Below, one piece after another: positions 50,226 through 62,607 of a stretch of 64,000 bases of DNA. The stretch covers positions 24,554,001-24,618,000 of the forward strand of contig NC_087252.1 of the NCBI RefSeq assembly GCF_037042905.1, written 5' to 3'. Within the stretch, counting starts at the first letter, position 1. The number at the start of each line of letters is the position of its first letter. The notes below the pieces were generated by a model. The model did not search any database and was not told the origin of the DNA. It worked only from the letters and a program-made list of their open reading frames with translations. A program made the position numbers and the translations under genes. The DNA comes from Lytechinus pictus. Its lineage: Eukaryota.

Positions 50226-52055
50226 CAGCTTTGTGAAACACCACTCATGGTTGTTAAAATTCATATTACGCTTGTCAATCCATCCAAAGTTAGATGAACA
50301 TTCCATGATTTCAATTAGTTCTTTTTCGTACATTAATTGACCATTCCATTTTATTTCAGTTGCGAGTTTTACATTTTCCATGTCATTGCCATCATCATCA
50401 TCACCACCATCATCGTCATCACCATCATCACTACCATCACTATCATCATCACCATCATCATCACCGTCTTCACCATCTGAACTTCATTCCAGTTGTCAAA
50501 TTCTAAGTTTGTATAATGACTCTTGCATACATGTATTTGTAACATGTTCTAGTGTTGAGGAGTACCATGTACCTCTAAGTCTTTGTCTATTATAGTGTAC
50601 ATCATGTTTTTATGTATTGTACAGTATGTAAAGTTCTATTACATAATTTATGTACTGTATTGGGTGTATCAGAAAAAAAGGAAACCCAAATTTTATATAA
50701 TTTCCACAGAAAAATATACAACTAGAATTTGAAAAATCATAAACCCGTATTTCCAGAAAGGATTTGATTTATAGTACTGTACATTCATGATGCTTTGAAG
50801 GTATGCACATTGACATGCATTGCACTGTTGTGTATGAGAGTGGAAAACCAATTAATAAAAATACAGTACAAAATACAATCGATTTAGTTAAATGTTCCAA
50901 TAAGTCTATCTCAAACAATTATGAAATTTGTGTTTTCCTTTCTTTTCGTACACACAATAGAATAACTTATACTTGCATGTATAGAATCTAATATATATTT
51001 TGTGTCTACACTATAGTTCTATGTTTTGATAGAAAATGGGGAGGGTGTTACACTTGCGTTGCTTTTTTTGCTGTATATTTTAGTGCTTTATTGTATATAA
51101 GTTTGCCACATCAAATACAAAAATGAATAAAACATCACAAAAATGTTTAAAAATAATCAAAGTGTAAGTCTCTTTTATTAGCATGTACATGAAGCTATTT
51201 CATTGGATGTCTATTGTATTTCATTGTGACAGTGTGAAGGTCAAGCCTGTTCACGGTTGTAAACTGCGCACGAGCAGAAAAAGGTCATTTGAGATAAACC
51301 ATGAAGGTGGCTTTCAAATTCACTGACATAGGCATTGGTGATTTGATGATTATTCATGTATTCCTTTCAAAATATTCATTTTATCACATTCAAGCTGAAG
51401 AGTAATAAATAGAGCCTTCATAATCACTGGTATTTGACAGTAGCCTAAACAATAGTCAAATGTGCCAAAGGCTGACAATAAAACAGATTTCCAAACTTTA
51501 TACTAATGTACTATTCTAGTCACCTGGTCTATACAATGCCTTTTGTTCTTAGAATTTGAATACTCTACCGTAAAAGCTTACGCAACATCTACATTTGAAA
51601 ATGATAGTGCTTATCCTAATGAAAAATCACAAAGGTCATTTGAGAAAAGTTGATCATGAGCTAACCCTGAACTGGCTTATACTATAAAATATGATGTAAA
51701 AAAATATATATTTTCATTTTAGTGGAAGTGCACTTTTACAATAGATTGATTTTAATAAAAGCAGAAAAATTTAAGAGAAATATTGGTGAGGGTTTGATGA
51801 AAATCTGTCAGACCAACAAGGCTATGAATTTTTAGAATTTTAATTTCAACTTTTTGGTGATTTGAACTGGACAAAGGGATAGTGATTTTCTGTTTTAAAA
51901 CATGGTCTGTTCCTTTTTCTGAATACCTGCAATACTGTTTCAAACTTGATCTAAAATTCCATTTTGTCATAGAAAATGTGCACAGCAAAAACACGAATTC
52001 TGTTTTTTAAAGGTAACTTCATGAATTTTCACATGAAAATTAAAGAACCAAAACA

Positions 52056-52535
52056 GGGCCCCGTCTCACAAAAGAGTTGCGATCGATCTGAATAATCTCA
52101 ACTATGGAAAGCCAGCAATGTCAACATCTAAAATGCATGTTAGTTCTAAATGTTTTCTAGATATGAAGTATATTCATAAGTTCATTGTTTTCTGGACAAT
52201 CTGGTGTGTTCGCCTCTGTTCACAAAGGAAATTTTGCAAATTTCCTGTAGAATTAAGAAAGAATTATGACACTGATAGATTTCCATAGAGTTACGATTGC
52301 TTGGATCAATCGTAACTCTTTGTAAGATGTGGCCCAGGGCCCCGTCTTACAAAGAGTTACGATTGATCCAATCAATCGTAACTCTATGGAAATCCATCAG
52401 TGTCATAATTTTTTCTACAGAAAATTTGCAAAATGTCCTTTGTGAACAAAGAACACGCAAAATTGTCAAGAATGTTAACTTTGCTGGCTTTCCATAGTTG
52501 CAATGATCAGATCAATCGCAACTCTTTGTAAGACA
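52056..52535. mobile_element. Two abutting, oppositely oriented MITEs of the 27631 family
   Basis: GGGCCCCGTCTCACAAAAGAGTT...GTAAGATGTGGCCC, then GGGCCCCGTCTTACAAAGAGTT...CTCTTTGTAAGAC. Confidence 0.7.
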
Positions 52536-52629
52536 GATGTTCCATTTGCTGGTAAACAGAAGAAAATGACTGTCCCTGCTGTCTCCAATTAGCTTTCAAA
52601 GTGACGTGAAATAGTGTAATGCCGGAGTC

Positions 52630-55600
52630 TCAAGGTGGCTTGCTTTCCGTATGAGGTGCTTTCCTCTTCTGTCTTCCGTCCTCTTTCTTCTCTTTCCTGT
52701 ACTGGTGTCTGCAAATTTTCACAGCAAAAGAGAAAACAAAATGGTATGATTAATATTGTTTTGGGTCTCTCATAAAACTCTGAAATGAATTATCATAGGG
52801 TATGTGCACATCATGGGGGCTGAAGAATGACAGAATTCTGACTACATGTTTCTTGCTCACAAGTCAGTTGTAACTTTGATCTACTAGTATTATTTTTCCA
52901 GAAAAAAGAATAACTGGTATATATAAACAAATATGATTTTATTGGCAAAAAACATTTATATACTGGCCTGGGTATATGATTTTATTGGATTGACTTTTTA
53001 TTTTTTTCCATGATTTTAACTTAGTTTTGGTGATTCCTATTGGTTTGCCCGATAATGTGTATTTTCTGTGAAATTCTGTTAATTCCTTGTTCTTCCTGAA
53101 TGAATTTTTGTTTTGTTTTTTGCATCATAGAAAACTGGAAACTTCAGATAAGTGGAATCCTGTAAACATATGACGCATAAATCAAATACATCATGAGAGA
53201 AATGAGATCGTGAAAAAACGTTATAAAGTTAAAATTGGATTTAAAGTCAAATCCATACTTCTTTTATTTTACCTTGACTGCCACCTCCTACCCGAGTTCC
53301 ACACCCTGCCGAATGAAGGCAGCCATTCTTCGTTGGTTGGAGTCACATGATCAAAATTGGCTCCGACTCGGTTTGGATTCAGCTTTTTCTTTTTCTCCCT
53401 CTTCACTGCAATATGAAATCAAAGCAAAACATTGTTGAAAGCACAACTATTATTCACCCTTTCCACGCGTACTTCACACCACTTCACATTTCACGCTCAA
53501 GCAAACGATGCATTGTTTCCCTCCATGAAAATAATTCAGCACAGAGGAGTTCATGGCCCAGCACACAAAGAGTTGAGGAGCTTTTGCAGCACGATGCATG
53601 ACAGATTCAAGAACACAGTTTATGTATTGAAAATGAATGACAAAGCGCAGTTGGGAGGTCTTTGTCGAAAATTGGTGAACCAGAACAGCAGATTCGTCTT
53701 AAGTCTCAGAGCTTAAGAAATATTGCAAATTTGTCCAGAGTCCAGGACGAAACTGCTGTTTTGATTCACCAATTTCTGACAGACACTCATTGGTTTTTCT
53801 ATGTCATGAAGGGCTTATGACAATTACATTTTCTATGTTTGCGAATTCATCATGCATCGTGGTGCGAAGAGTTCCTAGTTTCCTCCCTTGCTCCAAATCC
53901 TAGGCTTCGTAACACAAAGGTTGGCGATTAATCACTAGATGAAATGGCCTATCTAGATCATAGTTACATGCGCATTATGCTCAATAGACTGACAAGGCCT
54001 TTGTTATTCTTACGATGTTTGATGAAGTCATCTTCTACCGGTCCAATCACACTTGACGTCCCTGTTTCATCAGAGTCTGCTGTTAGCCATGGGGGCGGGG
54101 CACCGGTGTGAATGTTGCCTTCAATGGAGGCCTGCTTGGTCTATAAGATAAAAAGAAATGTGGTTGAAGTCAATAATAATAAGCAACATTTATACAGTGC
54201 TTAATACAATGTTTCTATGTGCTGCATACTATTACCCCGGCTTTAGCACGGGTACCCTGATCGAATGCTCGAGCATTCAAGGAATTCCTTCCTGTATCGG
54301 GTACCCATTTACTTCACCTGGGTGGAGAGTGGAAAATGTAGATAAACGCCTTGCCAAAGGACGCAAGTGCTGCGGTGGGATTTGAACCCCAGACCTTGTG
54401 GTTCAAAGTCAGGAGACCTATCCACTGAGCCACAACACCTCTACTAAGGGCCACTATTCCATAGATAATGTATAACAAGTGGAATGCCTCTGGCCGTCTC
54501 ACCTGCATCACGCGATTCAATATAGCAGCAGTGCTGATTTTGAAAACTACTATAACTCGCACAAGATGTTCAGTGATACTTGGTTACTCTTATTTCCACG
54601 TTTTATGAACTAGACCAATACACTTATAGAGATATGATGGCAATTCAACAAATACCCCCAACGTGGCCAAAGTTCTTTGACCTTACATGACCTTTGACCT
54701 TGATCATGTGACCTGAAACTCGCACAGGATGTTCAGTGATACTTGATTACTATTATGTCCAAGTTTTATGAACTAGACCAACACACTTTCAAATTTATGG
54801 CTGTAATTCAACAAATACCCCAATTTGGCCAAAGTTCATTGACCCTAAATGACCTTTGACCTTGATCATGTGACCTGAAACTTGCACAGGATGTTCAGTA
54901 ATACTTGATTACTATTATGTCCAAGTTTCATGAATCAGATCCATAAACGTTCAAAGTTATGATGGTAATTCAACAGATACCCCCAATTCGGCCAAAGTTC
55001 ATTGACCCTAAATGACCTTTGACCTTGGTCATGTGATGTGAAACTCATGCAGGATGTTCAGTGATACTTGATTAACCTTATGTATAAGTTTCATGAACTA
55101 GGTCCATATATTTTCTAAGTTATGATGACATTTCAAAAACTTAACCTTAGGTTAAGATTTTGATGTTGATTCCCCCAACATGGTCTAAGTTCATTGACCC
55201 TAAATGACCTTTGACCTTGGTCATGTGACATGAAACTCAGGCAGGATGTTTAGTAATACTTGATTAACCTTATGGCCAAGTTTCATGAACTAGGTCCATA
55301 TACTTTCTAAGTTATGCTGTCATTTCAAAAACTTAACCTCAGGTTAAGATTTGGTGTTGACGCCGCCGCCGCCGTCGCCGCCGCCGCCGTCGCCGTCGCC
55401 GCCGCCGTCGGAAAAGCGGCGCCTATAGTCTCACTCTGCTATGCAGGTGAGACAAAAATGTATGATCCATGTATAAAATAAGTATAAAGCATGTTAAAAG
55501 TATGTATGAAGTATTACAAGTATTATTATTAAGTACAATTTATACAAAAAATGGAAGTACATATTTATTGTCTTTAGTACATGTACATAAAGAGTATGTA

Positions 55601-56007
55601 TGAAGTATATATATTGGAGATATGGACAAATCTTTCAAGAAAAGGGTATGGGTCACAATTGTAGTAATATGTCTCATTTGCATATGTATAATTTGCATAT
55701 TTGATGCGCGATGATGTAACTGACATCACATTGGATACGCATTGCTGTTGGTTGGTTGCGATATGGCGGTCCCGGCTCAGCCTACCTTGTTGCCGGTGTT
55801 GCAATTAAACCGAACAAAAAAACATTACATTATGATGTTGGAACATATAAGCTTGTACAGGATTCTTTATTGACAATAGCTTGACAACAATAGCTTACAT
55901 TTGTAGCAATGGATGTGAGTCCGCCTGATGATATGACTCCTATGGTTCGAACTCTCCCTAAGATCTGCACCCCTCTGAGGCTCTGCTGCTGCTGCTGGTC
56001 AGAAGTT
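52630..56007 (-). CDS. CENATAC: CENATAC/CCDC84 (centrosomal AT-AC splicing factor), last four coding exons; the 5' part lies beyond the window
   Basis: Minus-strand exons 56007-55899, 54140-54014, 53405-53273 and 52708-52630 splice in frame (GT-AG) to ...[27 protein letters not shown]...[31 protein letters not shown]...[24 protein letters not shown]...*, the conserved CCDC84 C-terminal motifs. Confidence 0.92.
54170..54440 (-). mobile_element. tRNA-derived SINE
   Basis: Reverse complement of the 39572 SINE (GGGATTTGAACCC, ATCCACTGAGCCACAAC). Confidence 0.7.
54474..55458 (-). mobile_element. HINE-like element, copy 3 (in a CENATAC intron)
   Basis: Near-identical reverse complement of 11261-12215, differing mainly in (GCC)n length. 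Confidence 0.78.
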
Positions 56008-56794
56008 CTATAAAACGAAAGGAGATACAGAGGATACTCGCTACTGTGTATTAATCCAGTGTTTCCATTCTTCCCGAAATTCGGGAAATATTAGGAAATT
56101 TTGACTTTTCCAGGAAAGGTTCGGAAAATGAAAAAATTCCAGGAAATTTCGGGATATCCGAAAATTACAATTAAACAAAAATTAAACGGAGAAACTATTA
56201 ATATTCAGGTTATATTTATATAATTTTTTACCTCCATACGTAGCTCAAAATTTTCCGCTCGAGCTCCACGCTCGCATTTTGTAATTTTGTTCCTATAGAG
56301 GGCGTGAAAAAAAATGCTAAATTCCGTATTAAAAGGGGAAGTTCACCATGAATCTTGATTTGTTTAAGAAAAATGTGAGTGAAGGCTTATAGAAAATCTA
56401 CTGAAAACAACAAGGTCATGAATATTCAACATGTGGATTTTGATACATCATGAGCTGCTCTCCCATATCCTATGCATGTAAATGCCATAATTTTAGTTTT
56501 TTTCTTGAAAGAATAGATCTGTCTCACAGATGCATATACATGTATATCAACATAATTTTGATTATATATCGTAAGCATACAATGTAGGTAAGAGTTTGAT
56601 CTGATATCAATGTCACAATCGATTGCAATATTCTTTTCAAAAATGGCAAATTTAAGGAATTTGCATTAGGCCTAAACAACATGGGAGAGTTGGTTGCAAG
56701 TGACGTCAAACATTCAAACTTTGATTTAACCATCTCCCTTTTTAGCTCCATGGTTTAACACTCATAACTACATTGTTCTTTTTGTGGATTTTCT

Positions 56795-56940
56795 TATTCT
56801 GTCGGTCCAATAGAAGTTTCCTGTGGGTCTAATAGAATATTTTTGATGGTCCAATACAGGTTTTCTGTTGGTCCAATAGAATTATTCTGTCGGTCCAATA
56901 GAAGTTTCCTGTGGGTCTAATAGAATATTTTTGATGGTCT
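56795..56940. repeat. Minisatellite of GGTCCAATAGA-type units with an ~85-bp higher-order duplication
   Basis: TTATTCTGTCGGTCCAATAGAAGTTTCCTGTGGGTCTAATAGAATATTTTTGATGGTC occurs twice. Confidence 0.8.
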
Positions 56941-57084
56941 ATGTGGGAATATTATAACGACTTGATTGAAGACTAACACATGTACAGTGAAACGGAGTAA
57001 AGTCACACAACAAACCGTACTACTACCCTTGTATTATCTGTTTATTCCGAGTGATTCTACATGGTGGCAGCGTCGTGATGAACA

Positions 57085-60000
57085 ATGGAGAGTTCAAGTT
57101 TACCATTGCCAGACAGTTTTGACAAAGTAGGAGGACTAAATCAAGCTGAACAATGGCCAAAATGGGCACGACGATTTGAACGCTATCGCACGGCATCGGG
57201 CCTGCATGGCGGCCAAACCCGACGGGGAACAGGTCAGTACACTGTTGTATGCTATGGGTGATTGTGCGGATGACATCATCGTATCTCTCGGTGTAGAAGA
57301 GAAATCGGCGAAGTATGATGAAGTGATAACGGCGTTGAATAAATACTTCAATGTACGGAAAAACATCATTGTTGAAAGAGCAAAATTCAACAAAAGAGTA
57401 CAAAGATCAGGAGAGAGTGTAGACACATTTTTCAATGATTTGTACAGACTTGCTGAGGACTGTGACTACAAGACGCTTAAGGAAGAGTTAATAAGAGACA
57501 GAATTGTAGTTGGAGTGCTAGATGACTCACTTTCGGATCAACTGCAGTCTAGAGAAGACCTTACTCTCACAAAAGCAGTACTAGTCCGGGTTATAATTGA
57601 GCAAGGTGCCACAAGAAAAAGGAGAAATTTTCATATAGTGCTTCTAGACCAGTTTTTTACGCTGAATATGAATATATGAGGTAACCAGGCTGTATCCTGA
57701 AAATTAACCCGTGAGGGCGCTTTTTTCAAAATGGCCGCCAAATTTTCAGAACATTTGAATTTTCGTACATAGATTTTGACATAAATATTCCATTGCCACA
57801 AAATTAGTGTCATATGAAAGACAAATAAATTTTCTACAATTTGGTACTATTTATAGGGGATAAGTAGGTCATTTGGCTGAGATTTTAAGTAGAAAACTGC
57901 ATTTTTTGTCATTTTTTCCCAAAAATTGAAAATTTTGCAAATACATGATTTTACATAATTCTAAGAAAAATGAATGAATTACCTTGAAATGTTCCAGAAA
58001 ACTTTATTGATATATTATTATCATGTGGATGAAATTCCAACTCTGTATCATTCTTCTTAGCAAATTTATAAGGTATCAAACTTGAATACTTCAATTTCAG
58101 AAATGTCGCTTTTTGTATGCATTTCCATAGACTAAATACGTATAACATGTACTGTACATGTATAATGTATAGTTTAAAATAGTTTAAAATTTAAATGCAA
58201 TTATCTCCGCTTTTTAACCACTTGGAGAGTTAAGAGTAGGCTTTTCTCTATCAGCTACATAAAACAAAATGTTGGCACATCAAGGCCTGACCCTCACATG
58301 GGGTGGGGGTGTCGAAGTCACCCCCCCCCCCTTGCCCTTGGCTATATCATGTTGTTGTATATTGCCTATTTGTTGGAAAAATCTCTGTTTTTTGGAGCAC
58401 CCATTGAAGCAAAAACAGGCATTTCTGCTATACAGTACAGTCACTTTGATTGCTTTGAAACCACTTGGAGAGGAAAGAGTATATAGGCTTTGTTCTACCA
58501 GCTACATACAAAGTGGCACATCGAAGCCTACCCCTCTCGGCGGGGGGGGGGGGGGTTTGCTAAATATTGCCAATTTATTTGAAAATTCACAATTTTGGAC
58601 TCAACATTGAGGCCAAAAATCGTTTGTGCTTTGTTGTACACCCCATTTTATTGATTTGAAACCACTTAGAGAGGAAAGAGTAGAGTTTGTTCTACCAGCT
58701 ACATATAAATAAGCACTGGCACATTGAACCATAGCCCTCTCATGGGCTGTCTAAGTCACCCCCCCCCCCCCTCTATATCATGTATATTGCCGATTTATTG
58801 GATATTTCACCATTTTGGATCACCCATTCAGGCAAAAGCGCGTTCCTACTATATAGTACAGCCAATTTTATTTTCTTGCAATGACTTGGAGAGGAAAGAT
58901 TAGGCTTTGCTCTATCAGCTACATATCAAGAAGTGTTGGCAAATCAAAGCCTATCCCCTTCAGAATGTTCAGGGGGGCTGTAGAATTTACCCCACCAATT
59001 TTCGGTAATTGACTATCTATTGGACAGTCACAATTTGCATCAGAGGCAAAGGGCGTTTCTACTACATAGCACAGCAAATTTCTTTTCTAGCAATGACTTG
59101 GAGAGGAAAGAGTAGGCTTTGCTCTATCAGCTACATATAAAGAAGTGTTGGCAAATCAAAGCGTATCTCCTTCAAGCGGCTGTAGAAGTTACCCCACTAA
59201 TTTTCGGTTTTTGGCTATTTGTTGAAAATTCACCATTTTGGAGCCCCCATTGAAGCAAAAAGGCGTCTCTGATATATAGTTCTGCCACTTTTATTGCCTT
59301 GAAACCACTTAGAGAGGAAAGAATAGGCTTTGCTCTATCAGCTACACAATTTTGTGCTGGCAAATAAAAGCCTACCCCCTTCTGGGGGCTGTCAAAATCA
59401 CCCCCTCACCCCTTTGCGTTATTACCTATTTATTGGAAATTCACCTTTTTTGAGCCCCCATTGAGGTAAAAAGACATCTCTGATATAAAGTTCTGCCACT
59501 TTTACTGCCTTGAAACCGATTAAGGAGGAAAGAATATGCTTTGCTCTACAAAGAAGTGCTGGCACATTGAAGCTTACCTATCTTGGCGGCTGTCAAATCA
59601 CCCCACCCCTCTTGCATTATTGCCTAATTATTTGAAAATTCACAATTTTTGAGCCCCCATTGAGGCGATATGCACTTATGCTGTATAAAACACCCAATTT
59701 CATTTTCTTGAAACCACTTGGAGAGGAAAGAGTAGGTTCTCATCTTTCAGCTATATATAACGAATTGCTGCCATATCGAAACCTGACCCACTTCAGGGGA
59801 CTATATAGATGTTACCCCACCTTTTTTACGATTTTTTCCAATTCATTGGAAAACTCGCCATTTTGGAGCCCCATTGAGGCAAAAAAGTGTTTCTGGTATA
59901 TAGTAGAGCCACTTCTTTATATGTAGCTGTTAGAGGAAAGCCTACTCTTTCCTCTCCAAGTAGTTTCAAGGCGGTAATAGTGGTAGAACTATATATCAGA

Positions 60001-62607
60001 ACCGCCTTTTTGCCTCGATGGGGGCTCCAAAATGGTGAATTTTCCAATAAATAAGCAATAATGAAAAAGGGGTGGGGTGATTTCAACAGCCCTCTGATGG
60101 GGATAGGCTTTTATTTGCGAGCATGTCTTTATATGTAGCTGTTAAAGCAAAGCCTATTTTTTCTCTCCAAGAGTTTTCAAGGGTGAAAAAAGGCAGAAAC
60201 ATAATCAGAAATGACTATCTGCCCCAATGGGGGCTCCAAAGTGGTGATTTTTTCAATAAATAGGCAATAATGCAAAAGGGATGGGTGATTTCGACAGCCT
60301 CCTGCTGTTTGCCTGCACTTCTTTATATGTGGCTGATAAAGCAAAACCTATTCTTTCCTCCCTAAGTGGTTTCAAGGATTTAAAAGTGGCAGAACTATAT
60401 ATCAGAAACGCCTTTTTTCCTCAATGGAGGCTCCAAAATGGTGAATTTCAAGGGGGGGGGGGGGGTAATTTCGACAGTCCCCTAAAGGGAGTAGGCTTTT
60501 ATTTGCCAGCACATCTTTTTATGTAGCTGATAAAGCAAAACCTATTCTTTACTCCCTAAGTGGTTTCAAGGCAGTAATAGTGGCAGAACTATATCAGAAA
60601 TGCCTTTTTGCCTAAATTGGGGCTCCAAAATGGTGAATTTTCCAATAAATAGGCAATAATGCAAAAGGGGTGGGGTGATTTCAACAGCCTCCCGGAAGGG
60701 GTAGGCTTTTCTTTGCCAGCACTTGTTTATATGCAGCTGCGCTGATAGAGCAAAGCCTACTCTTTCCTCTCCAAGTCATTGCAAGAAAATGAAATTGGCT
60801 ATATAGTAGAAACGCACTTTTGCCTCAATGGGTGATTCAAAATGGTGTAATTTCCAATAAATAGGCAATATACATGATATAGAGGGGGAGGGGTTGACTT
60901 AGACAGCCCCTGAGAGGGATATTTTTCGATGTGCCAGCGCTTCTTAATAGATTGTAGCTGATAGAGCAAAGCCTACGCTTTTCTCTCAAAGTAATTGCAA
61001 GAAAATAAAATTGGCTGTATGATATAGAAACGCCCTTATTATGCCTCAATGGGTGATCCAAAATGGTGAAATTTCCAATAAATAGGCAACATACATGATA
61101 TAGAGGAGGGGGTGACTTAGACAGCCCCTGAGAGGGCTAGGGTTCGATGTGCTAGCGCTTATTTATGTAGCTGGTAGAACAAACTCTACTCTCTCAAAAT
61201 TAATAAAATACTATTAAGCACAAACGCTTTTTTGCCTCCATGTTGGGTCCAAAATGGTGAATTTCCAAATACATTGGCAATAAGCAAAAGGGGGAGGGGT
61301 GACTTTCCCAGCGCCCTCCATCCCCCCGAGAGGGGTTGGCTTCGATGTACGTGCCACTTCTTTTGATATAGCTGGTAGAACAAACATGACAAAGCTTACT
61401 CTTTTCCTCTCCAAGTGGTTTCAAAGTAATTAAAGTGGCTGTACTGTATAGCAGAAATGCCTTTTGCCTCGATGGGTGCTTCAAAAAATAGTGATTTTCC
61501 AATAAATAGGCAATATACAACAACATGATATAGCCAAAGGGGGTGGCGGGGGGGGGCTTCGACACCCCCACCCCATGAGAGTGTTAGGCCTCGATGTGCC
61601 AACATTTTGTTTTATGTAGCTGATAGAGAAAAGCCTACTCTTAACTCTCCAAGTGGTTAAAAAGCGGAGATAATTGCATTTAAATTTTATTAAACTATAC
61701 ATTATACATATTATACATGTACAGTACATGTTATACGTATTAGTCTATGGAAATGCATACAAAAAGCGACATTTCTGAAATTGAAGTATTCAAGTTTGAT
61801 ACCTTATAAATTTGCTAAGAAGAATGATACAGAGTTGGAATTTCATCCACATGATAATAGTATGTCAATAAAGTTTTCTGGAACATTTCAAGGTAATTCA
61901 TTCATTTTTCTCAGAATTATGTAAAATCATGTATTTGCAAAATTTTCAATTTTTGGGAAAAAATGACAAAAATTGCAGTTTTCTACTTAAAATCTCAGCC
62001 AAATGACCTACTTATCCCCTATAAATAGTACCAAATTGTAGAAAATTTATTTGTCTTTCATATGACACTAATTTTGTGGCAATGGAATATTTATGTCAAA
62101 ATCTATGTACGAAAATTCAAATGTTCTGAAAATTTGGCGGCCATTTTGAAAAAAGCGCCCTCACGGGTTAATTTTCAGGATACAGCCTGGTTACCTCATA
62201 TATTCATATTCAGCGTAAAAAACTGGTCTAGAAGCACTATATGAAAATTTCTCCTTTTTCTTGTGGCACCTTGCTCAATTATAACCCGGACTATACAGTT
62301 GAGTAGGCAAGCAGAAGCCAGGAAACAAAACAAGCCTGTCGTGAGAGGTTTTCCTGAGAGTGAGAGTTCAAACTCATCCATAGAGCATGTCAGACACAAG
62401 CGCAGGGGAAATTTCTCAAAGAAAACACCTCAAAATCTGCAAGGAAACTGCAAGTGGTGTGGAAGGCAGAATCATGTACGTGCCGACTGCCCCGCAAAAG
62501 ATGCAAAATGCCATCAATGTGGAAAGATGGGTCACTTCCAGTCTGTGTGTAGAAACAAAAATCCAGGAAAAGGAAAACAAAAGGAACAAAAGGAAAAGCT
62601 AAAGTGA
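57085..62607 (+). pseudogene. gag: Gypsy gag, disrupted by a frameshift and the foldback insertion
   Basis: MESSSLPLPDSF...WPKWARRFERYRTASGL / EQVSTLLYAMG...LIRDRIVVG...LTLTKAV|QLSRQAE...CKWCGRQNHVRADC...CHQCGKMGHFQSVC. Confidence 0.82.
57582..62293. mobile_element. Academ-like non-autonomous foldback DNA transposon (4.7 kb, almost entirely palindromic)
   Basis: TAC|TAGTCCGGGTTATAATTGAGC ... GCTCAATTATAACCCGGACTA|TAC (3-bp TSD, TAG...CTA ends). About 600 bp of near-perfect TIR (identical ORFs 57631-57813 on - and 62062-62244 on +), then inverted ~160-200-bp tandem arrays meeting near 59915. Confidence 0.85.

Noticed and set aside
58200..61660. Many short ORFs and a CRISPR-like periodicity in the foldback arms
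   Set aside because: Degenerate tandem units mirrored on both strands; no transposase or cas motifs.
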